DNA from: an uncultured cyanobacterium
GTDB taxonomy: Bacteria > Cyanobacteriota > Cyanobacteriia > CAKZMO01
Length of the DNA stretch: 64,000 bases
Assembly (NCBI GenBank): GCA_963719515.1
Contig: CAVRCJ010000006.1
Location: 224,001 to 288,000, forward strand
Direction of reading: 5' to 3'
Made by a program: the position numbers and the translations under genes. This document shows positions 30,827 to 40,191 of this stretch, one piece after another (the stretch's first letter is position 1; each line of letters opens with the position of its first letter). The notes under the pieces are model-generated. The model ran no database searches and was not told the origin of the DNA. It worked only from the letters and a program-made list of their open reading frames with translations.

Positions 30827-32644
30827 TTGACGGACACAGTGGACCAAAAAGCTACAGTGATAGGCCGCCTCCAGTGGCTGCTTACTACGCCTACGACCCC
30901 AGGAGACACCCGCCGAGCGCTGTGGTTTGGCGTCAGTATTGCGGCGGCCTTGCTCTACGCAGGACTGGGGCTGAAAGAGGCATTTGGCAACCCTTATGTC
31001 ATCCATGACGACGTGCGGTCCCACGTCTTTTGGATGTGGCGCTTCTTCGACGCGTCCCTATTTCCCGGCGATCTGGTGACAGACTATTTCCAGTCCGTTG
31101 CCCCCCACGGCTACACGGCGCTTTACCGCGCCGCTGCGGCAGTAGGCATCGATCCGCTCACCTTCAACAAGCTGCTGCCCTTGCCCATCGCCCTAGTCAC
31201 CACAGGCTATTGTTTTTGGCTCACTCTCTCAATCTTGCCGGTTCCTACTGCTGGGTTTCTTGCCTCAGCCTTGCTCAACCAGGCCATCTGGAACACCCAT
31301 GACGTGGCCTCCGCGACCCCTAGGGCGTTTATCTACCCCTTTTTCATGGCGTTCTTGTATTACGTGGCCCAGCGCTCTTTGCTGCCCGCCCTGGTCGCCG
31401 TGGTGCTGCAGGGACTGTTTTACCCCCAGTGCCTGTTTCTCTCGTCGGGGGTGCTGGTGCTGCGGCTGCTAGAGTGGCGCGGGGGGCGACCCCGACTGTC
31501 GCGGGAGCGCCAGGACTACCTGTTTTTCGCCACTGGGTTAGGGGTCGCCTTTATCATGCTGCTGCCCTATGCCCTCAAGATTTCAGACTATGGCCCGGTG
31601 CTCACGGTGGCAGAAGCCAAAAAACTGCCCACCTTGGCGGGTGACGGCCGAAAAAACTTCTTTTTTGACAACCCGATTAAATTTTGGCTCTGCGGCGAGC
31701 GTTCGGGCATCTTGCCCTACAGCTGGTGCAAATACGAGCGGCCCCCGGAGCTATGGGCCTCCCTAGCGCTGCCGCTGCTGCTCTGGCCGCGGCGATCGCC
31801 ATCATCGTCAGCGAAGCCACCGTCACCACCGCAAACATCACTAAAGCAGGTGACGCCCCAAGTTTATCTACTGCTCCAGGTTATCGCCGCTTCTGTGGGC
31901 ATGTTCTTCCTGGCCCATATCCTGCTGTTTCGGCTGCATTTGCCCAGCCGCTATATAAAGCACAGCGTGCCTATGGTGGTGGCGATCGCCGCCGGATTAT
32001 CCCTGGTGCTGCTTTTAGAGAAGGGGCTGCAGTGGGCGCAGCGGCGACGGGCTTCAAGACAAGGACTGGCGGCGTTTGGGGTGGTGGGGCTGGTGGGGCT
32101 CTACTGCTTTGGCTACCCCCTGCTGCTGGACGAATACCCCAATCCCGACTACGTGACGGCCCAAAGCACGTCAATGTACGAGTTTTTGGCAAACCAGCCC
32201 AAAGACACGCTAGTCGCCTCGCTGTCGGATCAGGCAAACAATATTCCGGCCCTCTCGAAGCGATCGGTGTTGTCAAGCTCGGAGACCGCCAACCCCTACC
32301 ATCTGGGCTACTACCGGCAGATTCAAGCGCGGACAGAAGATTTGATGGCGGCGCAGTATAGCCTTGACCCAGATGTCATCCTAGGCTTTATTCAAACCTA
32401 TGGTATCGACCTATGGCTGGTCGACGGATCAGCCTTTAAGCCAGACTACATTGCTCAGAATCCCTGGCTTCGGCAAATTCAGCCCACCGCAGATGAAGCG
32501 ATGCAGCGGCTGAGCCAGGGACAGCAGCCCCTCATTGAAACGTTAATCCGCCCCTGCCGAACGTTTCGAGAGCAGGGGCGGATTGTTCTCGACGCTCAGT
32601 GCATTGCCGATCGGCTCTCAGCTAAAAGACGATCTAACAAATAG
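30827..32644 (+). CDS. Polytopic membrane protein, probable GT-C fold glycosyltransferase
   Basis: Acidic HDD motif after TM1, many TMs, PSRY motif, soluble C-terminal domain. Confidence 0.6.
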   Translation: MTDTVDQKATVIGRLQWLLTTPTTPGDTRRALWFGVSIAAALLYAGLGLKEAFGNPYVIHDDVRSHVFWMWRFFDASLFPGDLVTDYFQSVAPHGYTALYRAAAAVGIDPLTFNKLLPLPIALVTTGYCFWLTLSILPVPTAGFLASALLNQAIWNTHDVASATPRAFIYPFFMAFLYYVAQRSLLPALVAVVLQGLFYPQCLFLSSGVLVLRLLEWRGGRPRLSRERQDYLFFATGLGVAFIMLLPYALKISDYGPVLTVAEAKKLPTLAGDGRKNFFFDNPIKFWLCGERSGILPYSWCKYERPPELWASLALPLLLWPRRSPSSSAKPPSPPQTSLKQVTPQVYLLLQVIAASVGMFFLAHILLFRLHLPSRYIKHSVPMVVAIAAGLSLVLLLEKGLQWAQRRRASRQGLAAFGVVGLVGLYCFGYPLLLDEYPNPDYVTAQSTSMYEFLANQPKDTLVASLSDQANNIPALSKRSVLSSSETANPYHLGYYRQIQARTEDLMAAQYSLDPDVILGFIQTYGIDLWLVDGSAFKPDYIAQNPWLRQIQPTADEAMQRLSQGQQPLIETLIRPCRTFREQGRIVLDAQCIADRLSAKRRSNK

Positions 32645-32679
32645 CCTGCTAGCCAGAGCACAGTTTTGCGTTCAAACGC

Positions 32680-32886
32680 TTAAAGCCCTGGACCGAAGCC
32701 TGCCCAAAGCTCTGCCTGGTGAGGCGTCACAATCACCTCGTCTTCCGTCTGCACTTCGGCAGGGGATGAAGACACCAAAGAAACTCGAGTGGCGGTATAG
32801 CCCACCATAAAGGCAGTCAGGGCAGCAGCGAGGCCGAGCGCCACTGTCTGATCAGCTGAAGAGCGCGTAGCGTTGTTGTAGGTCAT
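32680..32886 (-). CDS. Small single-TM hypothetical protein
   Basis: 68-aa ORF with hydrophobic helix VALGLAAALTAFMVGY. Confidence 0.6.
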   Translation of the reverse strand: MTYNNATRSSADQTVALGLAAALTAFMVGYTATRVSLVSSSPAEVQTEDEVIVTPHQAELWAGFGPGL

Positions 32887-32980
32887 CAGATACAGCCTTA
32901 ATTAAGCAACCCAAGTATTATCCGGCTAATTCTGTAACAACTGCTACGTTTTAAGGTTTTAAACAGATTCTTGTTACGCT

Positions 32981-33015
32981 TTTATAACCCTCTACAGGTT
33001 TATAACCCTTTACAG
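32981..33015. repeat. 17-bp direct repeat, 18-bp period
   Basis: TTTATAACCCTCTACAG / TTTATAACCCTTTACAG. Confidence 0.7.
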
Positions 33016-33144
33016 AGCGTCCTGCTGAAGAGAGGGGATCGCCTGCTCCACCAAAGACAGCGGCAAGTCGGCGTAGTGAGAGACGACGCCGTGGCCGACG
33101 CCAGCGATCAGACCTAGAACAGCGGAGAGGACTATCGAGTTCAT
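33010..33144 (-). CDS. 44-aa membrane microprotein (absent from the ORF track)
   Basis: MNSIVLSAVLGLIAGVGHGVVSHYADLPLSLVEQAIPSLQQDAL*; RBS-like AAAGGA 4 nt before ATG. Confidence 0.7.
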   Translation of the reverse strand: MNSIVLSAVLGLIAGVGHGVVSHYADLPLSLVEQAIPSLQQDAL

Positions 33145-33398
33145 AATGTCCTTTTAAAGAGTGAGCGGGACTCAAGCCTGCGTCACGGCGTCAGCAGGCT
33201 CCGCATTAGGGTCTCAGCTGTGGCCTGCCGGTTCTGTAGCTAGATTTACCAAAATCATGCTGTGGGAAAGACTCGCTGCTCAGTACAAGGCTTGTCACAA
33301 CAATCCTGCCGTTCAGTTTCAGGATGGGATGCACAATTACACTTCAAAGGCTAGAGCGGTGGTTCTATCAATAGGACCACCGCTCTGGGTCAAAGTTT

Positions 33399-33442
33399 GA
33401 CGGTAGAGGGGCGATCGCTTGCCCTATCGCCCCTCTACCGTC
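33399..33442 (-). terminator. 17-bp stem hairpin after the nuclease gene
   Basis: GACGGTAGAGGGGCGAT...ATCGCCCCTCTACCGTC just past the stop at 33451. Confidence 0.7.
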
Positions 33443-33450
33443 GTATAGGG

Positions 33451-36400
33451 TTAGGCAAAGACATCAGCCGTCGCCACAAGGGCGTCATTGAACTGTAGGA
33501 ACTCCACATTGCGGACGGTATCCGTACCGGACCCCGGACCTTGAATGGTGAAGTCATCCGCCGTACCGGCCAGAGTAAAGTCAGACTGGACACCCTCGTA
33601 TACGGCTGTATCCGGACCCCGACCGCCGTCAATGAGGTCATTGCCCTGACCACCAATCAGCTCATCTGGGCCATTGCCGCCAAAGAGGCTATCATTGCCC
33701 GCCAAGCCAGACAGGGTATCGCGGCCGTTACCGCCGTTGATCACATCGTTGCCAGACGTTCCTTCGAAGGTATCCTGCCCGTTGCCTAGGTCCACGTTCA
33801 CTCCTGGATTTGCGAGCGTAAACTGAGCTAAGAGAGGGTCGTGATCGCTGGCGCGGCTGTCACTTTCTGCGAATTCGGTATTAACGTGGACGATGTCGAG
33901 CACTGCGCCATCCTGGATGGCGTCGCTCACCAAGATATGATCCAGCTCTTGGGAGTTGCCCTGGAAGATAAAGCTATAGCGCTCGTCTTCAGGTAGGGTG
34001 TTCACCAGGTTGGTGAGGCCAGCACCCTCTAGACCGGTAACCGGCGAGATAAACTCAAACTCATTGAGGTCACCGAGCACGGCGATATTGGCGTCGCTGT
34101 CGCTTGTTAAGGTATTGGACACAAAATCCTGAACTGCCTCAGACTGCTCCCGGCGCTCGTCCAGACTGCCGTTCACCGTGACGTCCTCTTGGCGGTCAGT
34201 AAAGGGTTGCTCGACGCCGAGAATAGGCGCACTGCCGCCCTTTGAGGAGAAGTGATTATTGACCAAGGTGATCTCATCACCGTTGAACTCAAAGCTAGCC
34301 ACTAGCGGTAGGCGCGCCCCCTCGAATGCGCCCCCTGAACTTTGACTCCCGATGGTTTGAACCGAATCCTCTACCAAATCAACCCGGCTCGGATCGTAGA
34401 GGAAAGCGGTGCGAATGTTGCCGCCGGGCTGTCCGCCGCTTTGTCCGTCGGTAATAAACGTATTGTCGATGAACTCGTACTGGGGACCGCCCGCAGCGAC
34501 GATCGCATCAATCAGGGTTTGCAGGGTTTGGCTGGCGGATACGGTGCCGTCGTCAACTGAGCCGCTGTTGTCCTGAACCTCCTGGAGACCGATGACGTCA
34601 GGGGTATTGAGGTTATTGACAATGTCCTGAGCGATCGCGTCGAAACGACCGTTAGCGATATCGGTGTCGCCATCACCGTCGTTGGGATCCAGGTTGAGGA
34701 CGTTGTAGCTGGCTACCGTAATCTGGTCAGCAGAACCGTCTAAATTCGATGACTCAGGGGTGAGGGTGGAGGACTGCTGCACCGCAAAGGGAGCCGTGGG
34801 GTAGATTTCGAAGTTGCCGAAGCCGTAGCCAACCACGCCAGTGACGTCGCCGAGCTGGGCACCGACGTCCACCTGTGGGATGTCAAACCCAGGCAGGATG
34901 CCGGTGTCTTCGTCAATCTGGATTTTCTCGGGGTTGAAGTCGTTGGGGCTGATGTTCAACGTGCCGCGATCGCTGATGCCGGTGGCGTCAGCGCCCTGGT
35001 TTGCCACGGTGAAAATTTCACCAAAGCGGTTGGTGCCTGCGACAGCCACCACGTCTTCAGCGGTGACCAACATCCCTTCTAGAGACTCGAAGAAATCAAT
35101 GCCATCGGTGGTGGGCTCGAAGGCGCCAAAAGCGTCGTCGTCGATGGTTTCGCTGGGCGGAACTCGACCGCTTGAGCCGATGATAGTGGCAGTGGGCAGA
35201 GCGTTGCCGGTGGAAATGATGGTGACGGTGGGATTGCCGCTGATTTGCGTCGTGGACAGGTTACCGGTTGCCTCACCACCTGGGAAGAACTCAGACACAG
35301 TGCCTGCCACCTGGAGCTCATCCCCAAGGGCAACGTTGGGAGCACCGCCGGTGAAGACAAATAGAGCATCGGAAGTCGCAATGTCGCCATCGCCCACAGC
35401 GTCCTGCAGGTAGAAGCCATTGGTGTCGACCGCAGTGACGATGCCTTCGGTGGTCACCTGCTGCCCTTCAAGCGGTGAAGTGTGGGCCGCACCCTGAATT
35501 TCGTAGATAGGCGTAATCTCAGCGGGCTGCGGGGGCGCTTCGTTGGAGGTGCCAGGGGTGTCGGCGGAGAGGTCGTTAAAGGCGAGCGGCTGGAAGTCTC
35601 CTGTCCCATCGACCACACGGGCCGCCCCAGCAGGCGTGAAGCTGCCGTCGGGGCCAATGACGGTGTCGCTGTAGTTTTGGTCGGGGGTTGCGTCTCCATC
35701 AACCAGGGAAACCGAGTCGATGATGGTGCCGATGTTGCTATCGAGGGTGCCGTCGTTGTCGGCGTCGAGGTCGTCGCCTTGAGCCCCGGTGAAACCGTCG
35801 ACCAGCAAGAAGCTGGAGGGAGAGCCGAAGAAGTCGAAGCTGGCGATCAGGTCGTTGTCTTCGGTCTGAGCCTGGGGAATCGCCGTGGCGATATCAGCGT
35901 TAGCCACCAGGACAACCCCATCTTCGTCTAGGGTGACGCCGCTGAGGTCAAAGGCGAAATCCACCTGACCCGGCTCAAATTCACCGGAAAGCACCACCAA
36001 AGAGACCCCATCTAGGGAAGTCCCCTCAGCACCAAAGATTTCCACAAAGTTGCTGCTGTCGTCCGAGCCACCCTGAGACGAAATTCGCAGCTCGTTGATC
36101 ACGACATCTGGGGAATCGCCGCCGCCATTGCCGTTGCCATCACCACCGTCGCTCTCGATCAGAATATTGTCGATAGCGATATCCTCATCGCCGGAGTTAA
36201 GGCTGAAGGTAATGTCTAGGTCGAGGCTAGAGCCCGTGCCCGCGATCGCACTGGAGAAGGCGGCGAAGGTGCTCGTCAGTTCAGCGCCGTCGCCGTCACC
36301 GTCAAAGTCGGCGTCCTCGGCAGGCACCGCATTGAACGCATCGCCATCCGGGACGCTTTCAAACGCCAGCAGGTTCTGAAAACCGCCCCCATCAATCTGA

Positions 36401-36738
36401 TACTGGATGATAACGCTATCGCTCAGATCCCAATCTTCGCTGCCGTCGCTAGCATCGTCCTCAGCGAATAGGGCGCTGAAGCTGAGGTTAATCGCCCCAG
36501 CAATATCGATGTCTGAAAAAGAAAGGGTTTGAGTTGACGCTGCCCCTTCACCGTCAAGATCCTGGACCGCAAAGTAAAAGCTGCCGTCAGAGCTGAGCAC
36601 TTGGTAAGCCGAGCTAACATCTGAGCCGTCGGTGCGCAGAAAGAAATCGCCGCTGCCATCGGTGAACTCGGGAATTGAGGTCGTGTAGCGGGTACCGTTG
36701 CCGTCAGTTTCGAAGCTCTCGGAAAGAATAATCGCCAT
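33451..36738 (-). CDS. Extracellular ExeM/NucH/YhcR-like endonuclease/exonuclease/phosphatase with RTX Ca-binding repeats
   Basis: VVINE (lamin-tail-like), IYEIQG...GFYLQD (OB fold), ASYNVLN, LQEVQ, NHFSSK, GDLN, SDHDP (EEP), GGxGxD nonapeptides; no Sec signal. Confidence 0.9.
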   Translation of the reverse strand: MAIILSESFETDGNGTRYTTSIPEFTDGSGDFFLRTDGSDVSSAYQVLSSDGSFYFAVQDLDGEGAASTQTLSFSDIDIAGAINLSFSALFAEDDASDGSEDWDLSDSVIIQYQIDGGGFQNLLAFESVPDGDAFNAVPAEDADFDGDGDGAELTSTFAAFSSAIAGTGSSLDLDITFSLNSGDEDIAIDNILIESDGGDGNGNGGGDSPDVVINELRISSQGGSDDSSNFVEIFGAEGTSLDGVSLVVLSGEFEPGQVDFAFDLSGVTLDEDGVVLVANADIATAIPQAQTEDNDLIASFDFFGSPSSFLLVDGFTGAQGDDLDADNDGTLDSNIGTIIDSVSLVDGDATPDQNYSDTVIGPDGSFTPAGAARVVDGTGDFQPLAFNDLSADTPGTSNEAPPQPAEITPIYEIQGAAHTSPLEGQQVTTEGIVTAVDTNGFYLQDAVGDGDIATSDALFVFTGGAPNVALGDELQVAGTVSEFFPGGEATGNLSTTQISGNPTVTIISTGNALPTATIIGSSGRVPPSETIDDDAFGAFEPTTDGIDFFESLEGMLVTAEDVVAVAGTNRFGEIFTVANQGADATGISDRGTLNISPNDFNPEKIQIDEDTGILPGFDIPQVDVGAQLGDVTGVVGYGFGNFEIYPTAPFAVQQSSTLTPESSNLDGSADQITVASYNVLNLDPNDGDGDTDIANGRFDAIAQDIVNNLNTPDVIGLQEVQDNSGSVDDGTVSASQTLQTLIDAIVAAGGPQYEFIDNTFITDGQSGGQPGGNIRTAFLYDPSRVDLVEDSVQTIGSQSSGGAFEGARLPLVASFEFNGDEITLVNNHFSSKGGSAPILGVEQPFTDRQEDVTVNGSLDERREQSEAVQDFVSNTLTSDSDANIAVLGDLNEFEFISPVTGLEGAGLTNLVNTLPEDERYSFIFQGNSQELDHILVSDAIQDGAVLDIVHVNTEFAESDSRASDHDPLLAQFTLANPGVNVDLGNGQDTFEGTSGNDVINGGNGRDTLSGLAGNDSLFGGNGPDELIGGQGNDLIDGGRGPDTAVYEGVQSDFTLAGTADDFTIQGPGSGTDTVRNVEFLQFNDALVATADVFA

Positions 36739-37048
36739 CTTTTGAAGAATATCTCCAGGGTTATAGATCCATTACATTGCCGCTGACGGCCAGATATCGC
36801 CGACCAACCGGGTCGCGCACCGACAATCAGCCTCCAGAAATCACGGTCTTCTAACGTAGTCCAAACAAAATGAGTCGCCCAAGTCGAGATAGGCGATCGC
36901 ACAGCCCTCCCAGCAGAGTTGACCCTGGCTCATTGGCTAGAGCCGCGTCCCTCAACAATCCTGCACAAATGAGTAAGAATACTGAACCTATGTGGTCTTC
37001 TACACATAAAAACCTGTGGACAAACTTAGTTCACAGTGAACAATACTG

Positions 37049-37078
37049 AAGTAAAGGCTTGTTTAAGACTGGTTTAAC
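37049..37078 (-). promoter_or_regulatory. Putative Pho (SphR) box
   Basis: Minus strand GTTAAACC-N3-CTTAAACA-N3-CTTTACTT, 11-bp period, upstream of the nuclease gene. Confidence 0.55.
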
Positions 37079-37174
37079 CCTGTCAAACTTCATCAAGCCT
37101 TATTCTTCGTTTGCACAAACCTTTTCTGGACTTATTCTGATCTCCACCCCCTGATAGAGGATGCATGGGCCAAA

Positions 37175-37457
37175 GCGGGTAAAGTCGCTGTCGCCAACTT
37201 TGGACTGAAGACGTTCCTCACCTTGTGCGATGGCACAAAGGTCAAACCTCCTGAGTTCCTGGACTCGAGGCTCAAGGAGGTGCGCCGCGCTAGCCGCAGC
37301 CTACTATGGGTATATACTGGAGCGGCTATGCCTCAAGCAGCGTGAATAGGATGGCCCTAGCTGCTCTGGCCATCACGAGCGGAACCCCAACGATGTAGAG
37401 AGCGCTGAATGGGTTGGGGGATCAACCTGTGGGCTAGGTGGTGTAAGACGGGCTCAG
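37175..37457 (+). pseudogene. tnpB: Internally deleted tnpB (IS200/IS605) remnant
   Basis: AGKVAVANFGLKTFLTLCDGTKVKPPEFL (RuvC-I) joined out of frame to GYILERLCLKQRE*DGPSCSGHHERNPN...VGGSTCGLGGVRRAQ (Zn finger, RuvC-III, C-terminus). Confidence 0.8.
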
Positions 37458-37514
37458 GGCGTTCTCAATGCAAAATCCGCACAATCTCGATACGACCTCT
37501 GCAAACCGCGCGAC

Positions 37515-38090
37515 ATGAATACTCCGGCTCACATTGTTCTAAATTTGCTGTGCATTGGTCGCCAAGACAGCACTTCGGTCTTGATTCCCGTGGCTATTGG
37601 CGGGCTCCTCCCCGATTTGCCGATGTTCCTGTTCTACGGCATCGAGAAACTTAAAGGCACCCCGGAGCGGGTCATTTGGCGGCAGGCCTATTATGAGCCA
37701 GGGTGGCAGAATTTCATTGACCTGTTCAACTCGATTCCCCTACTGCTGGTAGGTTTAGGGCTGGCGTTTTGGCTGGGGTCGCGCTCTAGCGTGCTGCTGT
37801 TTGTCAGCATGCTGCTTCATATTGCGGGGGATTTGCCCCTGCACCACGACGACGGACACCGCCACCTGTTTCCGCTGTCAGACTGGCGGTTTGAGAGTCC
37901 TGTGTCCTACTGGGACCCTAACCACTACGGCAATATTGTCACCGTTGTAGAGGTCTTGGCGGTGATTGCGGGCTGCGCCCTGCTGCTCACCTGCTATCAC
38001 TCCTGGGCCGGCCGCATTGGGGTGGGGATTGTTGGGGCGCTTTATGTGGCCTACTTTGCTTATGTATTCACGGTATGGACCCAGATTTGA
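37515..38090 (+). CDS. Membrane-bound metal-dependent hydrolase-like protein
   Basis: MNTPAH, GGLLPD, HIAGDLPLHHDDGHRH, SYWDP. Confidence 0.7.
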   Translation: MNTPAHIVLNLLCIGRQDSTSVLIPVAIGGLLPDLPMFLFYGIEKLKGTPERVIWRQAYYEPGWQNFIDLFNSIPLLLVGLGLAFWLGSRSSVLLFVSMLLHIAGDLPLHHDDGHRHLFPLSDWRFESPVSYWDPNHYGNIVTVVEVLAVIAGCALLLTCYHSWAGRIGVGIVGALYVAYFAYVFTVWTQI

Positions 38091-38093
38091 GCA

Positions 38094-38900
38094 ATGAGCC
38101 AGCAGGAGTTTGCGCGCCTGTGGGAACCGGTGCCGGACGTCGAGCTTTTTGAAGCGCGGCTCTACCGGCATCGGTTCGGAAAACATTTTCACGCGGCCTA
38201 CACTATTGGCCTGAACGAGGCGGGTCAGGGGCGCTGTCAGCATGGCCGGAGCTATCGAAGCCACTACCCCGGCGGCTTTAACCTGCTCAACCCAGGAGAT
38301 CTGCATACCGGGCAGGTCGCCTCCCCTGAAGGCTGGGCGTTCCGCAACCTCTATATCGGGTTACCAATGCTGGAGCGGGTGCTGGCCCAGATGGAGTGGC
38401 GCGGGTCAATTCCCTGCTTCGGTGACCCTGTGGTTCGAGATTCTAGTCTGCGATCGCTGTTCTACCAGCTTTTCCGCGCCTTGGATAGCGGTCCACGGCT
38501 GGCGCAGCAGTCCCTGCTCCTAGAGTTTTTGTCGCGGCTGTTTCACCGCTACGCCGTCCCCTGTCCTTTAGAGCCGCCCAAACCAGAGTCAAAAGCCGTT
38601 GCCACCGCCCGCGCCTATCTTGAAGCCCACTACGCGGACGACGTATCTATCGACGAGCTGGCCCGTCTGGTCCACCTGAGCCCGCACTACCTGATTCGCA
38701 GCTTCCATCGACAGGTGGGCTGTCCGCCCCATCAGTACCAGCAGCACTGGCAGCTCCAGCAGGTGAAGCGATCGCTCCACAGCCCTACTTCCCTAGCTGC
38801 TCTAGCTGCAGAGCATGGGTTTTATGACCAAAGCCACCTAAGCCGCGCCTTTAAGCGCACCTTTGGCGTGACGCCCGGCCAGTATCAGCGCCAGCATTGA
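38094..38900 (+). CDS. AraC family transcriptional regulator
   Basis: Cupin FGKHFH...NPGDLHTG; double HTH ending GFYDQSHLSRAFKRTFGVTPGQY. Confidence 0.93.
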   Translation: MSQQEFARLWEPVPDVELFEARLYRHRFGKHFHAAYTIGLNEAGQGRCQHGRSYRSHYPGGFNLLNPGDLHTGQVASPEGWAFRNLYIGLPMLERVLAQMEWRGSIPCFGDPVVRDSSLRSLFYQLFRALDSGPRLAQQSLLLEFLSRLFHRYAVPCPLEPPKPESKAVATARAYLEAHYADDVSIDELARLVHLSPHYLIRSFHRQVGCPPHQYQQHWQLQQVKRSLHSPTSLAALAAEHGFYDQSHLSRAFKRTFGVTPGQYQRQH

Positions 38901-38904
38901 CGCC

Positions 38905-38930
38905 AGCCCTTTTCGTTGTGACAAAGGGCT
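38905..38930 (+). terminator. Hairpin after araC
   Basis: AGCCCTTT...AAAGGGCT. Confidence 0.45.
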
Positions 38931-39013
38931 AACTCAATCGCAATAGGGCAATTCTGTCCAATATTTCGCTGGGCGATCGCCTCTAGGGTGAGAACCAGTG
39001 TTCAGGGTCCGCC

Positions 39014-40174
39014 ATGGGTATTCTCAAAGACATTTCCATTTCTGCGATCGTCACCGGCTTCATCACGGTGCTGGTGGGATACACCAGCGCTGGCGTCATT
39101 GTGTTTCAGGCGGCGCAGTCTCTAGGCGCGTCCCCCGCCGAAATTGGCTCTTGGTTTTGGGCATTGGGGTGGGGGATGGGCTTGACGAGTCTGGTGCTCT
39201 CCCTTCGGTACCGGGTTCCTATCATCACGGCCTGGTCGACTCCCGGTGCGGCCCTGATCGCCACCGGGGCAGGCGCGAGCTTAGAGGAAGCCACAGGGGC
39301 TTTTTTAATCTGCGCTGCCCTAATTACCCTCTTCGGCTTCACTGGCTGGTTTGAACGACTGATGAACCGAGTGCCCCTTTCCCTAGCGGCGGCAATGCTA
39401 GCGGGGGTGCTGCTGCAGTTCGGCCTCAATATATTTGTGGCGATGCAAACGCAGCTGCTTTTGGCGATCGCCATGTTTTGCGCCTATATCGTCCTGCGCC
39501 GGATGACTCCTCGCTACGCCGTAGTAGGGGCGCTGGCTATAGGCATCTTGATTGCCGGAGTTCAAGGGACTTTAGCCTTAGAGGTCATCAACTGGCAGTG
39601 GGCGACCCCCATCTTTACCAGACCGACCTTTTCCGGAAGCGCCCTGATCGGCATCGCCCTGCCGCTGTTTCTGGTGACCATGGCCTCCCAGAATGTTCCC
39701 GGGGTCGCCACAATTCGAGCGTTTGAGTATCGGGTGCCGACTTCGCCACTGATTGGCTGGACGGGGACAGCAACGCTGATACTCGCGCCCTTTGGAGCCT
39801 TTGCAGTCAACCTCGCCGCAATTACAGCCGCCATTTCTATGGGGCGAGAGGCTCACGAAGATCCTGAGAAGCGCTACATTGCCGGCGTCGCCGTGGGACT
39901 ACTTAACATCGTGATTGGGCTGCTCGGCGCGACGGTGAGCTCCCTGTTCGCGGCGCTGCCGCAGGAGCTGGTGCTGGTAATTGCCGGACTGGCTCTTCTA
40001 GGGACGATTGGCAATGGCTTAATGACGGCCCTGGCCCAGAAAGAAGAGAGGGAGGCGGCGCTAGTAACGTTTTTGGTGACGGCTTCAGGAATGACGCTGT
40101 TTGGCATTGGGTCTGCGTTTTGGGGGCTACTTCTCGGCGTCCTGACCCGGATACTCTCTCAGATTAACCGCTGA
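39014..40174 (+). CDS. benE: Benzoate/H+ symporter BenE family transporter
   Basis: TAWSTPGAAL, TMASQNVPG, NLAAITAAI, REAALVTFLVTASG, SAFWGL. Confidence 0.9.
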   Translation: MGILKDISISAIVTGFITVLVGYTSAGVIVFQAAQSLGASPAEIGSWFWALGWGMGLTSLVLSLRYRVPIITAWSTPGAALIATGAGASLEEATGAFLICAALITLFGFTGWFERLMNRVPLSLAAAMLAGVLLQFGLNIFVAMQTQLLLAIAMFCAYIVLRRMTPRYAVVGALAIGILIAGVQGTLALEVINWQWATPIFTRPTFSGSALIGIALPLFLVTMASQNVPGVATIRAFEYRVPTSPLIGWTGTATLILAPFGAFAVNLAAITAAISMGREAHEDPEKRYIAGVAVGLLNIVIGLLGATVSSLFAALPQELVLVIAGLALLGTIGNGLMTALAQKEEREAALVTFLVTASGMTLFGIGSAFWGLLLGVLTRILSQINR

Positions 40175-40191
40175 ATTTTGCGATTCTCTTG

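Noticed and set aside
32934..32947. GTA-N8-TAC as an activating NtcA site
   Set aside because: No TAN3T box at the expected distance of about 22 nt; the 6-bp pattern arises often by chance
32951..33175. 74-aa ORF from the track
   Set aside because: Arg-rich with a TTG start; the 44-aa ORF in another frame has an RBS-like motif and a plausible TM helix
33541..35931. Long antisense ORFs inside the nuclease gene (and similar ones within ftsH, the cyclase and the reductase)
   Set aside because: Shadow frames of GC-rich genes with no recognisable motifs
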